A stretch of DNA of 43,551 nt, counting the filler, from Jimgerdemannia flammicorona (taxonomy: Eukaryota): the NCBI GenBank assembly GCA_003990765.1. It is 2 parts of 2 records of this genome, joined end to end, with 100 filler letters (N's around TTAATTAATTAA, not from the genome) between each part and the next. Parts side by side here need not be neighbours in the genome. Positions count along the whole stretch, not along the records: positions 21,836 to 43,551 come from RBNJ01001405.1; 1 more part is not named here. One strand, given 5' to 3'. The position numbers and the translations under genes were made by a program. How positions within the stretch are numbered: the stretch's first letter is position 1; each line of letters starts with the position of its first letter. Under the pieces are notes generated by a model. The model was not told the DNA's origin. It did not search any database and saw only the letters and a list, made by a program, of their open reading frames with translations. Of this stretch, positions 34,077 through 43,551 are shown piece by piece.

Positions 34077-34854
34077 GGTATCATTGACCATAATTACATA
34101 CGTACAATACTCAGAACGCAGGATTAAAGGAAAAAATCAATGCGCTTTTCGGAGACACTGACGATCGCGTTCAGAAGGCATTTTTAGAGCTGAAACATGA
34201 AAATTCTAGAGGTTAGTTTTGAGTGCAATTGTTATTTTGTCACTTTTCATCACTTTTCTAACTTTTCTTCGCTTACTAAAATCCATTCAGACGTAACTAG
34301 GCGTTTGAAATTCTTAACTGGCAGTTACGAAAGCGCCCTGAAGAAAAAGGGCGGTGCAAATTATACAATATACTTTGCCATGAAGGGGCCCAAGAACGAC
34401 TTGATTTACCATTTGTTCTTTGCCACACGCCACCTCAAGGGACAAATTGTGATGAAAAATTCGATGTACCGCGCCCGATGCTCCAATGATGAAGAATTAA
34501 GTTTTTCAGATCGAGATTATTTCAGATTCGAGCATACAAACCTAGCAGTTAAAGCACGGAAGGAAATCTGGCTTGAGGCTGCGGCCAAAAAGCTAAAAGA
34601 AAAGTACGCCGGTCAGAGGGTTAGCGTTGAGGAGGTTGAACATTATATTTGGGCGGAAACGATCTTTCCGTTCAGGAAAAGTATTGTCACTCGAGCGGAG
34701 CCACACAGAATCGTAAATAAAGATGGAACTCCCTGGTAAGTTTATTTGTGTAAGACGGTAGTTGAGTTACAAATGCCGTTCTAACTTTTGGAATTTTAGC
34801 AAACGTAAAGGAAGCGCTCCAGCCGGATCGATGATCACGTTCCGAAGCATATGA
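33481..34854 (+). CDS. tcmP: Three-Cys-motif partner protein (TcmP)-like, SAM-dependent methyltransferase-fold protein, 379 aa, three spliceosomal introns
   Basis: Exons 33481-34023, 34115-34211, 34291-34735 and 34800-34854 (1140 nt, no stop until TGA). Family motifs in order: H..AKHLILKSHIEAW, YIDGFAGAGRY, GSPL, LIEKD, GDF, LAFLDPFGY, DILINFM, LFG, F.M....N..IYHLFFATRH..G...MK..M and terminal KRKG...GSMITF. Recognised from memory of the family, not by search. Confidence 0.88.
34043..34072. repeat. (TC)15 microsatellite in intron 1 of the TcmP-like gene
   Basis: Read directly from the sequence. Confidence 0.95.
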
Positions 34855-35279
34855 ACCCTTGAACAAGGATCCAACGTTGTAGATTGTTTTGTTGTATAAA
34901 GCTAAAGGCAGACCTTTATCGAATAAATTTGAGACTTTTCAATGCAATGCACTGTTAATGAAATTCGGTGAATTTCACATCATGTGGCCATTCTTGCTGG
35001 CAGTTAATGTTGGTATCGGAATTCAGGCACGCGATCAGAGGAATCCGCATATAAATATGTCACTTTTCAGGCGACCGCTTCACTTAGGTTGAGCACTTTG
35101 TTGAACCTGTTCGAGGTCGTGTTGCGCAGACTTCATTTGGAGGTTTGGAAGTCGATGGCTGGCATTCATAAGTAGTAGTGAGTATATTTCTTTTTATTTT
35201 TTTATTTTTTATATTTTTATATTTTTATATTTTTTATATTTTTTTATTCCTATTTTTAATATTTCCTCCGTTTTCCGGT

Positions 35280-36014
35280 CATACCTCAAATTATTCCACG
35301 GCCGCTCTCAACATCCCCGCCGCCCTTCACGAACACTATCACATGAGGATGTCAGACTTCACGAACCCAAGAGCATCGCCGAAACCCTGGCTGCCACGAC
35401 CTACCTAGTCCTCGCCTCCAACCTCGGCATCCTGATGAAGAAGGGCGGGTACTTTCCATTGATACCTTCAAGGACAGATATTTGGAGAAGGATATGAGGA
35501 TTATAGGATTGGTGAGTAATATTAATATTAATTATTTCTGGGAGACGAGGGTGGCGTTGAGGTTACCAGAAGGTTCGAAGCAATCGCTAATATCCTTCGC
35601 TGCCGTGAAATTTACGGACACCTATCCATTAATAACCATGAAGATGATATACTAAGCATCCTCATTTCATTTCTCTATATTCCAGAACAACTTCGCTGCA
35701 CCATCTCCAGTACACTATTCGAGCGCTCCTGTCCCATTCTTAATCGACATATTTTGTAGTTTTTTATTGGTGGGGTTAGCGCATGACTGAGGGATCTCAT
35801 TGATTATGTTAGCGCAAAGTTGAGAAGACTGAATAAAAGCGGCCAAGAATGTGGAGAGCATTTTCGTCGTGGAATATGCCGAACTCCTGCTATGGTTGGG
35901 GAAATCAAACTGAAGTATGTCGTCAGTGTGGATCCAGATCTTACTACACCCAATAAACCCAATCCGCCATCCCTTTCTGAATTTACCATTCTCCCTATAC
36001 CCCATTCCAATTAA
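35280..36014 (+). pseudogene. Possible degraded spliced gene of unknown family
   Basis: Codon-like stretches (HEPKSIAETLAATTYLVLASNLGILMKKGGY; SIDTFKDRYLEKDMRIIGL; ESIFVVEYAELLLWLGK) lie in different frames, with donor GTGAGT at 35512 and acceptor TTCCAG at ~35685. Confidence 0.3.
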
Positions 36015-36681
36015 CTATTGAGAATGAGGCTATCTAGAAAATTTTATTGCCAGAATTAAATAGCCATCGAGAGAGTATGCACTGATCACCGAAGTCTGTT
36101 GCATACCTACATGTGATCTGCATTTTGATAGACTCTTCACCACTGTATTATATTTTCCAGATTTCAGCATTTCGTACATTCATGAAACGAAGCAGGAGGT
36201 TGGTTTGCGAATTTACTAGGTACCTGATTTGTTAGCAAACTAATTTCTGGTGGAACACTACTAGGTTGGTGACGACATAAATCCAAAACAGGCAACGCCA
36301 GTGTCGATCGGCCGCGCGAAAAACCGAAAATATCAGATCTCAATGGTGAGAGCAGCAATGTAAATGCAACTTGCACGAGCACATTCTGGGCTTTTATTAA
36401 TGAGCTTCTAATCACATCTCACTGCAGATTATTATGTGGAAAGGGATATAAATTGACAAAAATGTTTTTTTAGGTTGTTTAAATGTTCCAATTTGGGATT
36501 CACGTGACTTCGTGGGCGGTCATTCAGATTGCTACTCCTTTTTAATGTACTTAATAAAAAAAATAAAATCATAAATTGATAGAACATCCTATCAAGTTTA
36601 ATAAAATGAAAAGGTTTTTTCATAAAAATAGGGTTTTCACTATTTTATAATAATATTATGACTCACTAAGATTAGTTACAA

Positions 36682-37725
36682 TAGAGCTCTGCAACCTAAG
36701 TCCAAGCTCTGCAACATATCCAAACCTGAGTGAAATAGATATATATTTTACATAAATGTGAATAACTTTATGAATATACCTCCAAATTTATTTATCTTTA
36801 TTGTGCTAGATTCTCATACCAAAGACAGATTCAATAAGTTAAAGTATATCTAAATCAGATGTATATTTATAGAGTTATTAATACTTTTGTGGACAGGTCT
36901 ATAGATAGGTTTATTCTCTCAGGTTGCATTTGATTTGACTTTGTAAAAATGCTTAGTTTAAGGTCAAAATTGTGACTGACCTTTTGCTGAGCTAAATTTA
37001 TTCTCCCCAGATATAATTTTGGCCTTAAACTAAGTACTTTTATAAAGCCAAATCAAATATAACTTGAGAGAATAAACCTATCTATTGTAATGTAGCAGAT
37101 GCATAACAGCAGATTTCCATATCTCTTCTTGACTCCTCAGAGTCACAGATAATATCTATCTGATCTCATTATTGAACTATTAGAGTAAGACTCTAACTCT
37201 TTTTATCTGAGGTTTATTCACTCTAAATACTTGAGATATTTATACAAGTTTGCTAGCTATATAGTGACTAAATTAAGACATCTTTTTCTTATATAGTTGT
37301 AAGATCTATATATCTATATAATCTATATATATATTTCTTATAATTATACAAATTGTACAACTGTGAGATTAGGTAGCTATTAACTATAATACTATACTAT
37401 ATTGGGAATTAGATTCAGATATATACTATGATCAAATGTCTATCTTCTGATTGTTTCTAATTTAGATTATATATCACACTATAGATCTAATTACAAAAAT
37501 ATTAATAACTCTATAAATATATATATAGCTGATTTAGATCTACTTTAGCTTATTGGATCTACTTTTAGTATAGAAATTTAGCACAATAAAGATAAATAAA
37601 TTTGGAACTATATTTGTAAAGTTATTTATATTTATATAAAATATATATCTATTTTACTCAGGTTTAGATATATTGTAGAGTTAGGTCAAACTTGGACTTA
37701 TATTAGCTCAGATTGCAGAGCTCTA
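36682..37725. mobile_element. Foldback/MITE element with ~290-bp inverted arms
   Basis: Termini TAGAGCTCTGCAA and TTGCAGAGCTCTA. Arm 36682-36971 pairs with 37015-37085 plus 37483-37725 once the solo LTR is removed. Confidence 0.85.
37086..37478 (-). mobile_element. Solo LTR (393 bp) with 4-bp TSD
   Basis: TGTAAT...ATCACA termini. TSD CTAT at 37082-37085 and 37479-37482. The opposite foldback arm is the empty site. Homologous to 40264-40640. Confidence 0.88.
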
Positions 37726-40263
37726 GATAGAGATAAAGGAATAGTTTCAGTAAAGATAGATAGAGATAGTTTAGATAATAATGGTTCAGATAGAGATCAG
37801 TAGAGGTGGTGGTAGTTTGGAACCCTAAGAAGAACTTACCATGGTTTCTTCATAATTTCAAAGCTATAAGGGTAGGCCCCTTTCAATTTGACTTTATAAT
37901 AGTACTTAATTTAAGACTGAAATTGTAACAAGTCTTAGTGGGTTATAATGTCTTTTATAAAATAATGAAAAAACTATTTTATTAAAATATTTTATGTAAT
38001 AATAATAAAAAAACTCTTCATTTTATTAAACTTAATAGGATGTTCTATCAATTTATGATTTTTATTATTTTTATTAAATATATTAAAAAGGAGCAGCAAA
38101 AAGGTTTAATATAGATAGTGCACTATACCAATTTTTTTTTTTTTTTGAGAACATTTGACTGACCTATGCACTCCCCTCTCCCTGACCTGCCTGCATCATC
38201 TTTATTGCGCCCATTTAAGATTCAAGCATAACCATTATATGTAGCCCAACATCGACGCATCCTACAAAGCCATGCTAGCACAAGTACTTAGGCACTATAC
38301 GTGGCCTGAAATCACGCTAGAAGGGCCAAGACTTCGGGAAGAAGTGTATTAAAGGATTACTCAGAAGCTCACGTGAAGAACGCGTACACATCCTTAGCAT
38401 TAGATATCCTCAATATCAGTCAGAAGAACGAAATATTGTTGACAAGTCGGACAAGATGAATGCGACACTGAAAGCTGCAACATTTACTATATACAATATT
38501 TATAATAGCAGGATATTTCTTTTACAAGCATCAGTCACACATCCTTATCAAGTCGATCAATCACCTGTGCTATATTACTTTCCGAGCTTTGTATCGACGC
38601 TATATTTGGCATCACAACGTCCTATCATTCTTGCTGCCAACCACAATCCTTTAGACAATCAGAACTCGCATTGGACTGTAGAACATGGATTTGGTCATCA
38701 ACATCTTCTTGGCTTTGGTCTGATTAATGTTCTTTCTTGTTCCTATCTGATAATCCATGGCCCCCTTGTTGACAATGCTCTGGAGGATGTATATTATCAG
38801 TGATGAAGTATGGATGCGTTACTGTCGATTGTGAGCTTACCTGAATGGTTCTCAGAACCTGATGCATGTTAATACTGTGCCCACGATGCGACGCTATCTT
38901 GGAGTACAAACTCTCTGATCAATACCATACAGTAGATACCACGGGTCCTCCTTACGATAAAAGGCCAAACGGAGTCTTTGTCCCAGTACACGTATCGTTT
39001 AGACCAACCCCCTGAGAAACAGAATTTCTTTAAGTATAATTAGGGTGACAAGAGATTCAAAACACTGGATAGGGCGACAACTTACGCGCGCAATTGAGCT
39101 TTTTCAGGATACGGTGTGGTAACGTGAACTCGCCCATGATAGAAAAAGATGGTCAGAAAAGGACATGGTATCAAAATTTGTTGTCGTGTGTTGGTATCAA
39201 CATTTTCCTATGACGTCACGCGGATATTTAATCTACTGTCTACATTTGGCCCTCAAGCGATATTCCTCTAGATTACGATTTTATACAAATAGTACAGCTT
39301 CTCGCATATTTCCGAAATAATGAACGCCATGTTGCATGTACCCTGGACTTTGGGAAATAATGATATATATATTTGATAATCTCTCAAGGCCCCGGTGGAC
39401 AGAGCCAATTTAATCTTTGTCAATACACATCAATGTGGTTGCCAAACCAGCGTGAATAACGAAGGATTCGACAGTGTCCTACCCGCAATGCAAGAGGCCT
39501 GGGAGGATACGTGCTCCAAATGAAAAACCACTGTCTGGCCCTACACTTCGCCCCCTAGGCCAACAGCCCGTTCGTAGCCACTAATCCTTACGATGGATGC
39601 TCTGTTGATGCAAGGACAAGGACAGGTTCCGATCAGTATGATTACACTGATCATGATGGCTGCCTGGGGCAACGAAGTCCGTGCCTAGCAATGAGAATAG
39701 CAGAGATAGTATGAAGCGGTATTAACAAGCAGATGAAAGAGTGACGAATGTCCACCGCCAATACTATGAATACGAAGAAGGGCATATTACAAGGCTGAAT
39801 GCCAACTACGAGGACCGGTGTAGCCCTCTACAATTCTGATCCCCCACCGCACATCATATAACCAATGACCAATGAAAGAAGCTTACCCGACAACAATACC
39901 CGTCCATTTCAACACCATCGCACGAAAGCCGACGCGCAAGAAATACGAGGTCATCGTAAAGGCGCCAAGGACGATAGAGGGAGGCCTTGACGAAGACAAT
40001 AGGAGAACAAAAAATACCTCGGATGGAGAGAATTACGACGACGAAGAAGAAAAAGAGATCGGCATGCAGGCATTAGAAGCCGAGCCATCAGTCAATACAG
40101 GACTGATTACCATGGTTGGCAGTGTGATGAGTGCTGGGAGGGATTCTGGTATTGATGACATTTTATTGTCAGATGGATCATTATCCTTCATTGTATAGTC
40201 AACTTTTGATATCTGCAGGATTTGATCTTCTGAGTCTGGGAGTGGGGTGTTGTTGGTATATAT

Positions 40264-41400
40264 TGTAATATAGTGGACACATAACCTGAGAAGTATGGTG
40301 GATTTCTTTTTCTTGAATACTTGATCCTAAGAGTCCTTTGAGTATAGGGGTGGGTGAGATTGAAGTATATCTGTCCACAGGCTTACTAGTTCTTTGATCT
40401 CTTTACTTTTAAACTATTTTTATCTAAGGTTTATTCACTCTAGATGCTGGAGATATTTATACAAGTTTGCTAACTATATAGTGGCTAAGTTGTGACTTAT
40501 TTCCATAGTATAATTTCTTTATACTGTATAGATCAGATGACTGCTAACTATATGCTATACTAAGTTTGAAAATTAGATCTAGTATCATCATTAAATATCT
40601 ATCTTCTGATTCTTATTTCTAATTTAGATCAATTATCACAACTTTCTCTTAAATAGATGATCTCATCTTTAAAATATCTATTTAAACTCTCAGAATTCTA
40701 TATCTTAAATAATCTTATACTATTTTATCTGAGTAATTATATTCTCTTTATATGTCTAAAAATCTGCTAGAGTTATCTTTCTAAGATGTAATAAGATAGT
40801 TTTATTATTTTTATAATAGTAATTTATCTATAAGAGACTTAGTAGATAGTAATCCAATCTTCTTTTGACTTTTATAAATATTGGCTATAAGTTGTCTGAA
40901 CTTATAGTTCTTCTGAAATTCTACTTAATTATAATAATTTCTTAATTATATCTTAGTTATAGTATATTTTTGTATCTTTTCTCTAATCTTTTTACATCTT
41001 TTTCTGAATATTTTACAATATTTCAATATTTTCCAGATACTTAGAAATCCTCTTTAGCACTAAGACTTCACTAGAACATTCTTGTCTTTTCTTAATACTA
41101 AGTATATATCTTATCTTAGCTAGTTATAAAATCTTTTAGAATATTATAGAATTCTATTAATTAACTTTGCTAAAAACTATTTTCTTGGCTTTTCTCTTCA
41201 TTTTTAAGATTTTTTCAGATCTTTTCTTCAGATCTTATATAAATATTCTCTTTCTTTACTTAAATAAAGCTTAGCTTATTTTTTTTTCAAAAAATCTTTG
41301 AGATCTTTTAAATCTATAAGTATTTCTTTAAGCTATTTTAAGCTTACTATAAATCTTCCAGATTTAGCTACTTTCTCTTAAAGAAACTAAAACTATTATA
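40264..41400 (-). mobile_element. 3' LTR (40264-40640) plus decayed internal 3' region of an LTR retroelement
   Basis: TGTAATATAG...TTATCACA aligns with 37086-37478. The adjacent ACTTTCTCTTAAA reads as a polypurine tract on the minus strand. The internal extent is approximate. Confidence 0.7.
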
Positions 41401-41579
41401 CTTGATAGCAGTAGATAGTTATATCTTACCTTATTAAGAAACTTTACAAAAATCTGAAAACTAGTTATAACTAGTTATATAAATCCAAAATAAATATTAA
41501 AGAACTAGTCAATTATCTAGATCTCTCTATAGTAGAAAATATAGATATAGAGACTCAAATTAATCTAGAAGAGATAATT

Positions 41580-42840
41580 ACTACTATAGTATATCAGATC
41601 TGAAATCTTCAAGTATAGTTAAAATAATAGAAAATAAGAAGTAGAGCTATAGTAGCTTATCTCATAATTGTACTTATTAGCTTTAAGCTACTTAAGCTAA
41701 ATATCTTTAATAGTCACTAAGAAGAACTATCTACTAATGTCTGGACCTTTCAATTAAATCAATACTTTGAACTTATAAAATAAAAGAGGATATATAAGTT
41801 CAATTTACTACTAATCTTTTTTAAGAAAATATGGATATCTGATAGTATAATTATATTATAACTATATCTGTCTATTAAGAAATAAGAGTTGAAGATTGGG
41901 TAATATTCAAAGAGACTCTCCATAAGTAGTTCAAGTCTGCTAATACTACTAAGCTAGTCAGAGATAGGTTAGTAAACATCAAGTAACTCAAGTCTGTATA
42001 AAGCTATAATGTACAATTTCTATCAATTCTTTTAGAACTATTTGATATTACAGAAAATGAAAAAATAGACTACTATATCTAAGGTCTAAAAGGAAACACA
42101 TAAGTCAAGATTAAGCTAGAAGAATCAAGCTCTCTTATTATTACCTATAGTCACTACTTTGAACTAATATTTGGAATAAATTGAATTAAATTGAATTTAT
42201 CTCTAATTCAATTCAATTCAAAATATTCAAATCAAATTAAGATTTAATTCAATTCAATTTGATTTAAATCAAATTGAGGTCTAATTTAATTTAAAGTCCA
42301 ATTTGAATCTAATTTTTTAAAATTCAATAACTTGACCAAAATATATTTAAATTTAATAAATTTTTACTTGTCTAATATATCTTATGATAGAGAATCTAGT
42401 ATAATAAAGAATATTAAATTTGGATATATTTCTATTGAGTTATTATATTTTGAATTTGAGATAAATATTACAAATTGAATCAGACCCCAATTCAATTCAA
42501 TTGAATTAAATCAGATCTTAATTTAATTTGAATTTGATTCAAAAATTCCTTATTTAATTTAATTTGAATTACTTTCAATTTGATTCAATTTGAATTGATT
42601 TGATTTATTTGAGAGTACTATTTTGAACTAGAATACTATAAAAAGAATAATTTTGAGAACTACTATAAAAACCAGCTCAAAATAGTAGAATCAGCCCCAA
42701 TGGATCTAAATTCTATAAATAAGAAAAATATGTATCAAGCTTATCCCAAAAGAGAAGAAATGTCTAAAGAGATTAGGAGTATATTTTTTCTACTATCAAA
42801 CTAAATATATTACAATCAAATGTTCTAAGAAAATAAGTAA
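41580..42840 (+). mobile_element. Ty3/gypsy gag relic
   Basis: VEDWVIFKETLHK*FKSANTTKLVRDRLVNIK*LKSV*SYNVQF...DITENEKIDYYI*GLK (~41888-42090, retrotransposon Gag capsid pattern). PMDLN (~42697). Decayed CCHC knuckle GVYFFYYQTKYITIKCSKK (~42776-42832). Confidence 0.85.
42165..42620. mobile_element. Hypermutated hAT-type MITE (456 bp) inserted in gag
   Basis: 8-bp TSD CTTTGAAC/TTTTGAAC (42157-42164 and 42621-42628). Imperfect inverted ends TAATATTTGGAATAAAT and ATTTATTTGAGAGTACTA. Arrays of ATTCA/ATTTG/TGAAT pentamers. Confidence 0.75.
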
Positions 42841-43011
42841 ACCAGTAAAATCAGTTACTATATTATCTAAAGATATACTCATCAATCTCACTATCAGTTA
42901 ACTAAAACTAAAGATTAAGATATTATATCTGAAGACTTAGATCTCTCAATATTAATCAGAAGGAGTTATTAGACTTAATCTACCACTTAGATAAATAAGA
43001 AATTATTTCTG

Positions 43012-43520
43012 TATAGCTCTTTTCTCTACTACTATACTAGTTAAAAGATTTTAGTAGATAATCTTTTGAGTCTCTTTTCCATAACTTTTATCTTCTCTAC
43101 CTCAGATTGATTTGCTATATCTATTACAGAGTAGTAGGAGGGAGGCAATAGTGATGAGTTATCTCTTCATCAATATCAAATTGATACTTCCTCTACTTTT
43201 TTACAGTTTCTGATATCTCTAGCTATATCTAAAATGTGTCTGTTTTGGTATAGGGTCTTCTTCCTTTTGCTGTCACTAATAAGATATCATTTTGATATAT
43301 TTTGAATTGGCTAACCTTAGGCATCAAATATCAGTATAGGTTATTTATAGATTTCTGGTACTTATAGTAGAGCTCTCTGAGCTTTGATAAGCTTTCTAGT
43401 AAGTATAGTTCTAATATAGATGATTACTTTTCAAGTAGAATTAGGATAGGAGAGAAGATGGCCATCATAGATGAGAGGAGGGGTAATTATGGTAGACCAG
43501 TAGAGTATTAGATTGATGAT

Positions 43521-43522
<2 letters not shown>
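43012..43522 (+). mobile_element. Third, most mutated copy of unit A of the poly(A) retroposon
   Basis: Colinear with 12909-13430 and 13487-14005, e.g. CTCTACCTCAGATTGATTTGCT, GACCTT/AACCTTAGGCATCAA and GATGGCCATCATAGAT. Differences are almost all G>A/C>T. Confidence 0.88.

Positions 43523-43551
<29 letters not shown>

Larger units (their letters stand above)
36529..38099. mobile_element. Non-autonomous TIR element (~155-180-bp imperfect inverted ends) hosting nested insertions
   Basis: 36529-36682 (TTGCTACTCCTTTTTAATG...ATTAGTTACAAT) is the reverse complement, with transitions and an indel, of 37922-38099 (ATTGTAACAAGTCTTAG...ATTAAAAAGGAGCAGCAA). No convincing TSD. Confidence 0.8.

Noticed and set aside
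33481..34854. Bacterial contamination as the source of tcmP
   Set aside because: Three spliceosomal introns with branch sites restore the frame, and the gene is contiguous with fungal genes and TEs.
34860..36500. DUF5131/radical-SAM partner of TcmP downstream
   Set aside because: No WNP..GC or C-x6-C-x2-C motif was found in any frame I could read. Only unassignable fragments are present.
38150..40198. ORFs 38456-38803 and 39872-40198
   Set aside because: No recognisable domain, and surrounding frames are broken. At most an unassignable relic.
41040..41110. Chromodomain relic (minus strand *SLSAKEDF*V)
   Set aside because: Spacing is imperfect and too many back-mutations are needed. Cannot be supported by eye.

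Overview
Eukaryotic, almost certainly fungal DNA. The evidence is short GT-AG introns with CTAAC/CTGAC-type branch sites. The LRR, LINE and P450-reductase content would fit Mucoromycota, but that taxon call is inference. The window is two separate contigs (1-21735 and 21836-43551, nearly equal in length) joined by an artificial N44-TTAATTAATTAA-N44 spacer, so nothing should be inferred across 21736-21835. Roughly half the window consists of AT-rich, almost CpG-free islands of nested retro- and DNA transposon relics. These include L1/Tx1-like LINEs, Ty3/gypsy gag-protease elements, solo LTRs, hAT-type MITEs, foldback elements and a poly(A) retroposon. All were destroyed by C>T/G>A transitions, i.e. 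a RIP-like process. The CpG-rich interspersed DNA carries intact spliced genes: a histidine-phosphatase/SHB17-like gene, a 97-aa secreted six-cysteine protein, a 50-aa single C2H2 zinc-finger ORF and a low-complexity protein. It also carries pseudogenes of a fumarate reductase, a CYP102/CYP505-type reductase domain, LRR exons and an F-box gene. The most notable feature is an intact, three-intron, 379-aa homologue of the prokaryotic three-Cys-motif partner protein TcmP (SAM-methyltransferase-like) at 33481-34854. No DUF5131 partner is visible, which suggests a domesticated horizontally acquired gene. All translations and alignments were done by eye, and boundaries of degenerate elements are approximate.
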